A stretch of DNA of 64,000 bases, from NCBI GenBank assembly GCA_002269645.1, contig NIVC01001876.1, positions 119,118 through 183,117 of the forward strand, in the 5' to 3' direction. This document shows, one piece after another, positions 50,872 to 63,700 of this stretch (its first letter is position 1; each line of letters begins with the position of its first letter). Below the pieces are notes generated by a model. The model was given only the letters and a program-made list of their open reading frames with translations. It did not search any database and had not been told where the DNA came from. Position numbers and translations under genes: made by a program. The DNA comes from Macrostomum lignano. Lineage: Eukaryota.

Positions 50872-52056
50872 GACGAAGTCTACGCTTTGTTTAATTTTTG
50901 TCAAGAAAAATATTCATACATCTAGAGGCAAAAATTTTTAAGGGCTTTTGTATGAATGCATAGGAGAGAGCCTTCAGCCAACCAGATAGATGCTATACTT
51001 AAATCTGATTTCATTGGATAAAAGTCGACTGGGTCTGTGGATGAAGAACTCAGAAAAACTCAGCCATGCACATTGCACACTTAAACAGCTCTAATAGCAG
51101 CGCCTGATCGCTCTATGCTACTGATTTTGCTATTTATTCTAACTGCAAGTATGTAATGAGTTGTACAATATTAATTTCCGAGTGCAATTAGCAATTAGGC
51201 AATGACTACCATTGCGCACACTGTATTGTAAAGTTAAGACAATACCGCTAGGTAAGTATGGTGGGTCCCAAGAGCCACCTGGAACTTGAAATCCTCCTTT
51301 TCGTAGCGCAAAGCTATTTGAAGTAGGTCTGCACAACCAACTGTTGAAATACGTTAACAACTGCAGACTCTGAAGATCTTGAAGCAGTACATAAGTCCCC
51401 TGGGCTCGATTCTATTAACGTACGCGTGGTCACGCATGGGCCGTCAACGCATGGGCCGTCGGAGAGGGGGTCTGGCGGGCGAGATGTCCCATAAAATTCT
51501 TGGTCTAGTAATGAGATTTAACATCGAGGCTCTGATCCAGAAGCCACGACACCCCATTTTGAGTTCATGCACTAAATTCTGCATGACCTCAGAGGTCTTG
51601 TCGTGTAGCTTATTTACTCTCATTGGGGTCAGAGTGCGGGCACAAGGTAATTCGCTGCTCTAAAGGATGGGCGTTTTTCTTCTATTTTGGCTTATTAGAC
51701 AGCCAAATTGTCAGGAGTTCAGGCTGACAGCAAGGAGCATCAAATTGGTTTTTTCAGAGAAAATTTTAATAGCTATACCTATCTCTTTTTCGCAGTGATG
51801 AATCCATCCAAAAATTACCTTTAAAAAGTGAAATTAATCGCATTTGTGGAGTTTAATCACTGACTAATGCAGTTAGTACATGTCAATAAGCTTCTTTCTC
51901 TAGCGCTACATCAGGAAAGCAGTTCTATCGAACTAAAACTAACTTTTTCATCAGAAACATTAATAAAGAATTGACTGATGAATTAATTAACTGACGTACT
52001 GGATGCCAAATGCTTGACCTTGGACACGAAAATCCGCTAGCTAATCTGTTATTAAC

Positions 52057-52622
52057 AGCAGGAATACGGTCCAATTTTTGTTGCACTCCTTCTCAAACAA
52101 GAATCAAGTCGCCAGCTCTTCGGACCGTCAAGATATTCAACGATTCTGCCATGGAAGATCGGATTTTCCCATACTCAATACATCCCTGTGCGCCAATCAG
52201 CACTGTGCCTTAGTGTGCGGCCTTGCCAAACACGTGTGTCTGCATTAGCCCTGACTTCGTTAGTCACTTGTCTTGACCCACGCGGAGCGTCTAGACCTTC
52301 AACATTTGGCACCAAGGGACCACGGACTGTTGAAGGTCCTCTTGAAGGTCCAGAAGCTCCGCATTTGTCTAAGTAACTGACCAAAGAAGTCAGATATGAT
52401 GCAGACAAATTTAGTTGACGTGCTGATGAAACTTGGAGGCTTGGCAAGGCTGCACTGAGGCGCATTGCTGATTGGCGCACAGGGGTGTACTGAATACACT
52501 AGCTCTTATGGGGAAAATCCGACCTTCTGAAAGATTTGTTGAATATCTCGATAATCCAGAAGGCTGGCGACTTAATTCCTATTTGAGAAGGTGCGCAACA
52601 AAAAGTTCGCCCGTGTTCTTGA
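52057..52622. repeat. Diverged inverted repeat: arms ~52057-52230 and ~52441-52622, with a 210-bp spacer
   Basis: CCCTGTGCGCCAATCAG pairs with CTGATTGGCGCACAGGG. AAGTCGCCAGC pairs with GCTGGCGACTT. CCTTCTCAAA pairs with TTTGAGAAGG. Confidence 0.8.
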
Positions 52623-52984
52623 ATTTCGTGTGCCTGCGTTTCTCTGTTCCGGCGCAGCAAAAAAAATTGTCCAGTTCGAAATTTCTCTCCCCTTTGGTAG
52701 TTTGTAGTTGGTAGTGTTAAACTACAGTCATACCCACAAGTGGTCAACTCTTTTACGCATGCAAACAAATGTCATAAATTAATAAAATGACATAACTATT
52801 TCGGACGTTATAAATAACTGCATGCAACCATAAAAGCTGATATTAAATGGATGATTGATGCTGGTACTTTTAGTTAATTTGTAGACAACGGAGCCAAGCA
52901 ACTTCTACAGTGCACATCGACCTGCAGTCACAAGTGATCAGAACCATGAATTTGGCATGCCCACTCCTGCATACGAATTCTTTT

Positions 52985-53200
52985 ACGCCAGGTACTTTCT
53001 GTGAGTTCCGACGCACTTGTTGTTCCAGGCGGTGGTCAAGATCGTCCTGCTTTACAACGCCGTAGGCGACTCCAGCTGACGAAACAGACGCTTCAGGACG
53101 TGCTGCTGCTGACGCTGCAGGTGCCCTTTCGGTGAGAACTGGCGTGCATTCGGCGTTTTGTCGACGCCGTCACCCTGGATTTGGTCGGCGACGGTCTAAG
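52985..53200 (+). mobile_element. Possible decayed non-LTR retrotransposon fragment (post-RT region)
   Basis: Encodes LLFQAVVKIVLLYNA, which resembles the LFxAxVESVLLYNAExW motif of RTE/L2/CR1-like LINEs. It is otherwise disrupted. Confidence 0.35.
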
Positions 53201-54154
53201 CCTTTTGTCTTTTGTGACCATGTAGAAGCTGGCTGTGTGAACGTACGTCATCAATTAAGGATGTCTGTAATGTGCCGGTAGTAGTACCGGTATGTCCTCT
53301 AGGATACTGATATTCGCAGGAGGGCTCTGGGCAACCTGACGCAACGCCTTCGGCAACAGCGTCTCACACGACCAGCGCTGAGACAATTCTGCCCATTCCA
53401 CTGACTGCTGAGCACATTCAAGCGCGCCAATACTGTACTCAGGCACGGACTCATGCACCCGCTCACACAGGGTGTACAGCGGCCCATTGAATTTATAAAC
53501 GTCAGGCATGTACACACTCTGTGCCTATAGAGTTTGTCTGCCCTGCCTGCAACATTTACTCAGCGGAATTCAATCACCTAGAAGGAACATAATTGACAGC
53601 TGGCTTGACAGCTGGCTTGTAACTATGCTAAGTAACCTTGGCTAATGGGCGCTGCCTGTGGTACATCTCTTCCTATTTTAAGACTGCCGCTTTAGCAAAA
53701 TCCTACTAATGGGGAAATTTATAATTAAAAGGAAACGTTTCTCTTTAAGAGAACGAATTCTGTTTAATTTTCTCTTTGATTGATTGAATTGACAGTCTCT
53801 ACGAGAACGCACTGACCTTGCTAAGTCAGGGATCGAAGCGAGATAATTTGAATTGTCAGTTTCAAAGAGTTTTTTGGTGTAGATTTAAATGATTATAATT
53901 TTTTCCGCATTTATTTTCAGACTTACATATAATTTGAAAATGATACCTGACTAAATTAAATTCCTTACAAACTTACTTTTTATTTCTGAAAAATACAATT
54001 TTCTCCACATACTACTTTCATGTCAAGTGATATGAAGTGAGCTACACAGAAATTTTTAATCCAACATTTTTTTTCAAAAATACCGATTTGTGCGTCATTA
54101 TCAATCATTAAGGTGGATGTCATGAAGACCTAATATAGTACATATCAGTGATGC

Positions 54155-54385
54155 CTAAATAGTGTCAGTGAATTTTTAATAGTGTCAGCGAGTGCTTAAT
54201 AGTGTCAGTGAACGTCTAATAATGCCAGTGAACGCCTCCTAATAGTGTCAGTGAACTGACAGTGAACTGACAGTGTCGCTTAACATTGTTAGTGACATCT
54301 AATAGTGTCAGTGAACGCCTAATAGTGTCAATGAACGTAGTGCTAGTGACGCTTAATATTATTAGCGGTATCTAATAGTGTCAGG
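54155..54385. repeat. Degenerate ~20-bp tandem repeat (AATAGTGTCAGTGAAC)
   Basis: About 10 units. Confidence 0.8.
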
Positions 54386-55189
54386 ATTCGTATTCCCGCT
54401 CTAATCCCCTATCTTCACTACATGCCGTATGTTCATTTGAAAAAAGAAAACTCCGCATGACTATCCAAGTGTTTCCAGTGTGGTTAGCGAATAAACTGAA
54501 TTTTCCAGCGCTAAGGTGGTTCAAAATGTCAGTTTACGCTACGCTAAGCCTGGGGCTTTGCAGGTGCATCTTGCAGGTCAGTGAAACCTCGCAGACTCTA
54601 CATATTAAACCAAATGCTCTTTTCTGTAGAGGAAGCTGTAGGCCATGCTGTAGTCAGTACACAGGCGGGTTTGAATCTCTCAGGTTGGAACGGGGAACAC
54701 TCTTTAATACGCACTGGATTCGTGTCTCCGCTACGGGAACGGGAGTGGATCCATATCCCGAGGCTAACTACTCTCGATAGCTTGCATGTAGCTGTTTCAA
54801 CTCGCTTACCAAGCGTACGTGGCTAGGTTACCCCCCCCCCTCTCTCTCTCTTCCAAAATCAGTTTCTTCCCACGTTCCAGCTCTCTGGGAGCTCCGTCGC
54901 GGTCCCGGAAGAGAGAAGGGAATGGACATAGTATGGGGCAAGAAAAAGTTCAGCCCCTCCCCTCTCGGCTACAAATGAGGAGCTCTCTAGCAATCTGTGA
55001 AAATCCTGTCTTCTCTACTTTTGGTAGAAATTCTATTAGCTTCCAGAGCTATAGGCTGCCTATATATTGATGCGCCAGTTAATAAGGCCTTTGCTTCAAG
55101 CCTTTAGCAATCAGTGGACCGTAAGCTTAGCTAACAATGCTGAAGTCTTGGTTTCTTTTGCTTCTAGTAGCAACCGTAGCTACTTAGTT

Positions 55190-55230
55190 ATCTAGTTATT
55201 TCAGTATCTGTGGCCCCCGACTTTCTAATC

Positions 55231-55320
<90 letters not shown>

Positions 55321-55335
55321 CTCGAAGCCCAGAGG
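55190..55335. repeat. Copy 1 of a direct repeat containing (CT)n, at the 5' edge of the nAChR-like exon
   Basis: ATCTAGTTATTTCAGTATCTGTGGCCCCCGACTTTCTAATCG(TC)n...TGGCTCGAAGCCCAGAGG. It is identical to 57077-57204 except for CT number. Confidence 0.95.
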
Positions 55336-56597
55336 TAGCTGAGTCCGGTAGCTACGAGGATCTCTACCAGGTACTTACTAGACGATACGAGAAGAGCTCG
55401 CGACCTGTTTACCTGGCTAACACTGTACTAAACGTTACATTCAGTGTCAAGCTCAATCGCTTAATGGATCTGGACGAGAAGAATCAAATATTACACATGA
55501 ACGTTGTTGTCATGGAGTCGTGGCGCGACGAACGACTCACTTGGAGTCCGGCAAATTATTCTGGCATAGAAGAGTTCGTACTGCCGGCTGGGGAAATCTG
55601 GTTGCCAGACATCTACGTCTACAACAACGCGGCTGATGGCAACGATGGGTTCATCTTCGACAACAGCAGCCGAGTGACTGTGAGCCACACTGGCCACGTA
55701 GTTTGGAACATTCCGTCGACGATCAAGAGCTCCTGCAGCGTTGACGTACTCTATTTTCCATTCGATCATCAGTTCTGCGATATCGTGTTCGCTTCGTGGA
55801 CCTACGATGCCAGACAGGTTGACCTGCAGATGCCACCAGGCCGTGGCGGCGCGGTTGACAAGTCCATCCTTGAGCAGCACTCCGAACTGCAAGTCTCCGG
55901 CCTGCAGATGCAGAGGTCGGTGCAAACGACCTTGAACAACCTGACATTCCCGATGCTCCGGCTGAGAATTCACATCGAGAGGAAAGCTCTGTACTATTCC
56001 TACACTGTCATTGCTCCAAGCATCATGCTGTGCATCCTGACGCTGTTCAGCTTCTGGCTGCCCTGTCATATTGCCGAGAAGATCGAAATCGGTCTAACCG
56101 TGTTCCTATTTCTCTACTTCCTCGAGCTGCTCATCGCGGAGAACACGCCCGAGTCGAATTCCACTCCAATCATTGGGATATTCCTCACCACGGTGATGAC
56201 TCTGAACTCGCTGTCGCTAATTATGGCCACGATAGTGATGCACGTGCAGAGCAGAGGCGACACCGACCCCTGCCCGACCGTGCCGCTGTGGCTGTGGCGA
56301 ATCAGTCGACGCTTCCTGGGGCCCGTCACCTACACCCAGCTGCGCTGGCAGGAGGCAGCCTTTGCCGAGGGCTTCGACAGAATTGCTGGCCGAGACGCCA
56401 ACGCGGCGGTCACCAGCGACGACGAGGTCGACATGAACAGAATGGAGCGGGCCAAGTGGCTGTACATAGCCGAGGTGATTGACAAATTTTTGTTTGAATT
56501 CTATTTAACCTGCACAGTGCTCAGCATAGTGATTGTGCTGCACGTGCTGCCAGCGTCTCACGCCAGCACCGTCTACGACAATCGGCTGACGGACTGA
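55333..56597 (+). CDS. Nicotinic-acetylcholine-receptor-like Cys-loop ligand-gated ion channel subunit (non-alpha type). The mature protein is in one uninterrupted exon; the signal-peptide exon is unresolved (candidate ~54526-54576)
   Basis: The frame is open upstream of 55464 (YEKSSRPV...LNRLMDLDEKNQIL). It contains WRDERLTW, IWLPDIYVYN, the Cys-loop CSVDVLYFPFDHQFC, SWTY, four TM helices (M2 AEKIEIGLTVFLFL) and EVIDKFL before M4. Loop C has no vicinal CC. Confidence 0.92.
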
Positions 56598-57076
56598 AGA
56601 CGTCATGAGAGTGTCCCGACATCGGCCCCAACCACAGAAACTTAGAATAATTATATGGGCCTCTTAGCACATTTGCGTGTAGACTACTTTCAGTTCAGTA
56701 GCAAGTTAAACGGGAGCATTTTAATGTATTTTAAAGTCAAGGTTCATTTATTGGCTCTTACCCTCCCCCCCCCGCTTAAAGCCTCCAACCGCGCCTTTCC
56801 ACACTCCCCCGCCCCGCCCCAATTTTTATTGCCTTTCTCGGAATTCCAGTCTAAAGCTGCCATGTACGAGCTACATTTCAGTGGACTGGCTAATGTACAT
56901 TATGGCTGAACCAATTAGCAAGTTGTTTACGCCTGTAAGCTTGGGCTTCCTAAACTTATAATAGTCGTTTCGGCTGCCTTTTTTTCTTATAAAATAGCTT
57001 ATGTATTCTTCTTTGCTACTGAACTGAAAGTAGAAAGCTGTTTTGCTAAGTATACGATCAGATACATGAGGGACCC

Positions 57077-57117
57077 ATCTAGTTATTTCAGTATCTGTGG
57101 CCCCCGACTTTCTAATC

Positions 57118-57189
<72 letters not shown>

Positions 57190-57204
57190 CTCGAAGCCCA
57201 GAGG
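57077..57204. repeat. Copy 2 of the direct repeat containing (CT)n, 3' of the nAChR-like gene
   Basis: Identical unique flanks around a shorter (CT)n. Confidence 0.95.
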
Positions 57205-57729
57205 CTCGAAACCGGTAGCCCAATATTAAAAAAAATTAAACACGCCGTGACCTCTCTTCTCTCTCTCTACCTCTCTCTGCCTTGGGGGGCGGGGTTGGCC
57301 CCTCGTGACGTGAACGCTATGGATGACACAATGCACAGGTAGAGAAAGTCCATCTCTCAAATATGTAGTATTTTCACAGATATAATAATATGCTGCGTTC
57401 AATCAATCAATCAAACCCACTTTATGCCTGTTAACATGCTTTACCGTACTAGCTACTCTTAGTAGTTAACCTACGCGTTTTTTATTACGAGTACGTTCCT
57501 TTATACTAAACCATATACTCTGGATGACTCTTCATTTTTCTCCGTCTGATTTTATTGAAAGCGAACCTACCTTGCTATGTTGAATATCAAAATATATTGC
57601 CTGCTTGTAGCAATTGGAACTGCGCGTGTACACGGCGTCTTGCTGAGATTTGCCCGTTTTTTATTTTTTTCATGAAATGAGAATATCGGTGAGGCATGAG
57701 AATATCAGCGAAGTAGCTCGTATGAGCAT

Positions 57730-57945
57730 ATTGATAAAGTATGGAAATATCCATAAAGTACGAGTATGCAAATATCCGTGAAGTATAAGAATATCAATAA
57801 AGTATGAGAATATTCCGTGAAGTATGAGAATATCAATAAAGTATGAAAATAGCCGTCAAGTATGAGAATATCCATGAAGTATAAGAATATCCGTCAAGTA
57901 TGAGAATATCCGTTAAGTATGAGAATATCCGTCAAGTATGAGAAT
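57730..57945. repeat. ~20-bp minisatellite (AAGTATGAGAATATCCGT(C/G)A)
   Basis: About 10 units. Confidence 0.88.
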
Positions 57946-58222
57946 AATTTCCTGAGAACATCTCTAGTTATCATAATTATAACCATCTCATTATTCTTGA
58001 CGCTTATTGACATTAATTTCTGTTCTCATAGGCACAAGTCCTTGCATAGGCATTTAGAATTGATATCATTCATTATAGTACTTACAGTAGCATTAAATGC
58101 TCTAATAATCTTTGCGTAAAAATAACTTTTTTACTATCCCAATCGAAAATAAAAACTGTTGAATTTAAATCTCACTCGTATGCTTTGGCGTGAACAATAT
58201 CGCATTTATGTATATATATTAT

Positions 58223-58257
<35 letters not shown>

Positions 58258-60707
58258 TGCATTAGGCATTTCTTGGGACAAGCGTGTATAAACTGACCCG
58301 TACTATTAGGACCAAAAATGTGTTGGGCCAGGCCCAATAAGTGCGTCCCGACACTTCCAAAAATGAATTCTATTGAAATGAAAAAATATTCATTGGAACC
58401 GTCTTTCGATTCTCCTTTCAAAAATCAATGTCATTTTTTCATATTTTTAATCAAACACAAGGAAACTAATGATTTGCAGTGTCCTAAGAAGTTTAAAAAA
58501 TTATGCGAACTGATGGTCTGATCCAACAGAACAATTGGGTCTCAAATCTGAATTCTCGTTTTATTACAATATTTCTTACAATATCAAGAAAGTCTACTAC
58601 AAGTAACAGATAGAGGTTCTCCACAGGGCTGCCAATCGACACTTGAAAGGATCCTGACATTTGGCATCGTGTTTACTATAAAATATGAAATAATTTAATA
58701 AAGATTTAGAATATTACAATCAAGCATACAAACCTTATAGATTTAGTATATTTAGATTTTTGCATAGAAACAGCTAGCATCTAAATTCATTAGCTTCCAA
58801 TTTCACTTATACACGAAACATAACAAATTAAGGTTACATCCGCTCGTGCCCTGGGCCATTTTAACTGAAATTCTCGTTTTAAATCCGCTGCATTAATCTA
58901 TTTGTCATATGTGAATGGGATTAACGGACTCAAGTTAGTGACTGGAGGCCATTAACGTAAAGTGACACTTTGAGTGAGGTAGTTTTCTGGTGGAAATTCT
59001 CACAGTCTTATGAAGCGCTTTTAGAGCAAAGAAATAAAGGGCAAAGAAAAACTTTGCATTTCCCGAGAAAACCGAGGACGAGTATTAGAGGGAAACGTTT
59101 AATCTCTAAGGCTTTAAATGACTTCTTTATTGGCCTGGGTTTGGGCAGCCATACTATGCAGCAAATTTTTTCCTAGAATTATGATAATTATCGTCTGGTA
59201 TACTGAAAAGTACGGAGATACCAAGAAACTTAAGATGACTGCATGGACTGCTAGCACATGTTTGAGTGTCACTGTCACTGTAAAGTCTAAATCGATGACT
59301 AGTTGGCCCAAAACTAACTACTAGGCCTTCCTGGAAAACAATTCTGCTTATCTTGGATCGTAAAGATAAACCCACGTACAGTGCAGAAGTGTTAGGACAA
59401 GCGTGTACAAGACCCAGGCAATCCCTTACCCAGGCCACGTGTACATTCCTATCGCGGTGGGGGGAAGCAGGGAGGAGAGGCGGGTGCAAGGGAGTCAGGA
59501 TAAAGTTTACACTGAAGTTGAGGCCTACAAGAGGAAGAGCCAATTCTAACGGAAAGGTACATGTAGAAGTTCCCTTTGACAAACGGCGTACTGCATATGT
59601 TCAAAACGAATATAATTCATTTACGAGACCTGCACTACACAGACAAAATGTGCCATGTCACAAGAGTTTCCATGCATGACCTGGCATGAAAAGACTTGGC
59701 TAGGAACCATTACACATATGTAAGTAAAATTTAAAATTATTTTTAAAATTTTATGATTAAATAAAAACTTAACTGGAATTTACATATGTCTTTTCTAAAA
59801 TTCCAGATACGTTGATATCGATAAGCTACCGTTTTCTTCTATAACAAACAGATTTGCCTTCATTGTCCAGTAAGTATTGTCTCGTACTCGTATATGTCGT
59901 ATTTTTGTACGTTGAAAAAAATAATAAGCAGCCTAGTAATACTCTGAGCTCAGTGAAATATAAGAGAGGCGGCACGATCACCTTATTTATCAATTAATTT
60001 ACAACAGCCAGTTGAGCAATCATAAGTAGGCAAAATTTACACTTCTAGGAAGAACAAATTTTACTAAAAGTTTCAATCAAAACATTTGGGAAAGAAATCT
60101 TGCACGACACATCGCCCACAGTACTAGAGACTTGGAGAAATACTATGTGAGTTTGCTGGGCAACTAATGTAATATATTACTGTTATAATTCGATAGTCGA
60201 ATTATTTTTTTTACCCAAAGCAGTGCTATTGCATAACTAAAGAACAGTATAAAAATGACAGCATTCTAGAACGAGAAACAAAGCTTACTGCAAAGGCAAA
60301 CGCCGAAAGAAAAGCAGGGTAGAGTCAGCAGCAAAAAAGAAGCTCATCTAATTGGAAAGATGGGCGGTCAGCAAAGAGATAGGATCTCAGAAAATTGCAA
60401 CTCCTAGTAACTGAAACTCAATTGCAATAAGTGTTTTGTTCTCTAGGGCATTATTAAAACAAGCAAGCCTGCCTGCAGTCAGTTAGTGAGAAAGTAAGTT
60501 GTTGCGGCACTATCGGGAAAGTGAAATTTGTACTCCATCTGACTCACACAAGCAGCAGCGTTGGGACAAACCTCGAGTATTTTAATTGTACAGTAAAATT
60601 TCATTGACAATGAAGCATTTATTAGAAAAGCGACATTTAAATCTGTTTTCAAACAAATCAGACCGATTTCTCAATAAGTTATTTTTCTTTTGTGCGCCCA
60701 CGCACAG

Positions 60708-63700
60708 GTTCATCCGCATTCAAACTCGCCGCTGCATCCGTCATTTGGTTCACTTGCTGCCCACAAGCCGCAGCAGCAGCAGCAGCAGCAGCAGCCGCTA
60801 TCCGTGCAGGCAGTCAGTCTATTTGTGAATTTTCTGGTGGATCTGAAGAAAACCCGTCTGGCACAGGATTAAAGAGAAAGAGACGATCTGTTTTGGGTGA
60901 GTATTATCTGCTGTAGAAGTATTGTACACCAGAGTACTTGTGTTACCTGGTAGAGCACAATTCAAAAGCAATGCAACAATCTCAGTGGCATTGTTGGGAC
61001 ACAAGCTACAAACGCAATGAATAGTAAACACAGCCCAGCCTAGCTCAAGGCTAGTAATTTGTTGGGCATTTATTGGGACATTGCAGCCAGGCCTATTTTT
61101 GAACAGCATTTGTTGGGTCGCACTTATTGGGACAATACTGATTCTAATCGCGACTACTTCTGAGTTCTGACTTTTCAAAACAGACCCAGCATTAGTTGAA
61201 CACGTTCTATTAAAGGGTTCCTTTATAGCGTATTAATGATTACTAAAGCAAGCCTATCTTAATTGATTTCTTTTCCTCGCAGCTTCTGAAGTCAGCAACG
61301 CCAGCGACATGCCTAAGAGACAAGAATGCGCTTTAACGATCAGCAGCGAGCATTCTGATCTCGCCGCTGCATCCGTCATTTGGTTCACTTGCTGCTCACA
61401 AGCCGCAGCAGCAGCAGCAGCAGCAGCAGCCGCTATCCGTGCAGGCAGTCAGTCTATTTGTGAATTTTCTGGTGGATCTGAAGAAAACCCGTCTGGCACA
61501 GGATTAAAGAGAAAGAGACGATCTGTTTTGGGTGAGTATTATCTGCTGTAGAAGTATTGTACACCAGAGTACTTGTGTTACCTGGTAGAGCACAATTCAA
61601 AAGCAATGCAACAATCTCAGTGGCATTGTTGGGACACAAGCTACAAACGCAATGAATAGTAAACACAGCCCAGCCTAGCTCAAGGCTAGTAATTTGTTGG
61701 GCATTTATTGGGACATTGCAGCCAGGCCTATTTTTGAACAGCATTTGTTGGGTCGCACTTATTGGGACAATACTGATTCTAATCGCGACTACTTCTGAGT
61801 TCTGACTTTTCAAAACAGACCCAGCATTAGTTGAACACGTTCTATTAAAGGGTTCCTTTATAGCGTATTAATAATTACTAAAGCAAGCCTATCTTAATTG
61901 ATTTCTTTTCCTCGCAGCTTCTGAAGTCAGCAACGCCAGCGACATGCCTAAGAGACAAGAATGCGCTTTAACGATCAGCAGCGAGCATTCTGATCTCGCC
62001 GCTGCATCCGTCATTTGGTTCACTTGCTGCTCACAAGCCGCAGCAGCAGCAGCAGCAGCAGCAGCCGCTATCCGTGCAGGCAGTCAGTCTATTTGTGAAT
62101 TTTCTGGTGGATCTGAAGAAAACCCGTCTGGCACAGGATTAAAGAGAAAGAGACGATCTGTTTTGGGTGAGTATTATCTGCTGTAGAAGTATTGTACACC
62201 AGAGTACTTGTGTTACCTGGTAGAGCACAATTCAAAAGCAATGCAACAATCTCAGTGGCATTGTTGGGACACAAGCTACAAACGCAATGAATAGTAAACA
62301 CAGCCCAGCCTAGCTCAAGGCTAGTAATTTGTTGGGCATTTATTGGGACATTGCAGCCAGGCCTATTTTTGAACAGCATTTGTTGGGTCGCACTTATTGG
62401 GACAATACTGATTCTAATCGCGACTACTTCTGAGTTCTGACTTTTCAAAACAGACCCAGCATTAGTTGAACACGTTCTATTAAAGGGTTCCTTTATAGCG
62501 TATTAATGATTACTAAAGCAAGCCTATCTTAATTGATTTCTTTTCCTCGCAGCTTCTGAAGTCAGCAACGCCAGCGACATGCCTAAGAGACAAGAATGCG
62601 CTTTAACGATCAGCAGCGAGCATTCTGATCTCGCCGCTGCATCCGTCATTTGGTTCACTTGCTGCTCACAAGCCGCAGCAGCAGCAGCAGCAGCAGCAGC
62701 CGCTATCCGTGCAGGCAGTCAGTCTATTTGTGAATTTTCTGGTGGATCTGAAGAAAACCCGTCTGGCACAGGATTAAAGAGAAAGAGACGATCTGTTTTG
62801 GGTGAGTATTATCTGCTGTAGAAGTATTGTACACCAGAGTACTTGTGTTACCTGGTAGAGCACAATTCAAAAGCAATGCAACAATCTCAGTGGCATTGTT
62901 GGGACACAAGCTACAAACGCAATGAATAGTAAACACAGCCCAGCCTAGCTCAAGGCTAGTAATTTGTTGGGCATTTATTGGGACATTGCAGCCAGGCCTA
63001 TTTTTGAACAGCATTTGTTGGGTCGCACTTACTGGGACAATACTGATTCTAATCGCGACTACTTCTGAGTTCTGACTTTTCAAAACAGACCCAGCATTAG
63101 TTGAACACGTTCTATTAAAGGGTTCCTTTATAGCGTATTAATGATTACTAAAGCAAGCCTATCTTAATTGATTTCTTTTCCTCGCAGCTTCTGAAGTCAG
63201 CAACGCCAGCGACATGCCTAAGAGACAAGAATGCGCTTTAACGATCAGCAGCGAGCATTCTGATCTCGCCGCTGCATCCGTCATTTGGTTCACTTGCTGC
63301 TCACAAGCCGCAGCAGCAGCAGCAGCAGCAGCAGCCGCTATCCGTGCAGGCAGTCAGTCTATTTGTGAATTTTCTGGTGGATCTGAAGAAAACCCGTCTG
63401 GCACAGGATTAAAGAGAAAGAGACGATCTGTTTTGGGTGAGTATTATCTGCTGTAGAAGTATTGTACACCAGAGTACTTGTGTTACCTGGTAGAGCACAA
63501 TTCAAAAGCAATGCAACAATCTCAGTGGCATTGTTGGGACACAAGCTACAAACGCAATGAATAGTAAACACAGCCCAGCCTAGCTCAAGGCTAGTAATTT
63601 GTTGGGCATTTATTGGGACATTGCAGCCAGGCCTATTTTTGAACAGCATTTGTTGGGTCGCACTTACTGGGACAATACTGATTCTAATCGCGACTACTTC

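Noticed and set aside
57185-57218. Hammerhead ribozyme (stem AGCC-CAGA-GGCT followed by CGAAAC)
   Set aside because: The CUGANGA core is absent (CTGGCTCGA instead), so at best it is a degenerate relic. The CTGATGA at ~20131 also lacks a correctly placed stem II and GAAA.
59353-59679. 108-aa ORF as an upstream exon of the array gene
   Set aside because: I found no convincing splice sites or homology and could not link it to the exon at 60708.
60819-61178. Minus-strand 119-aa ORF repeated in each 635-bp unit
   Set aside because: It is antisense to the predicted intron, its start is not ATG, and it has no recognisable motifs.
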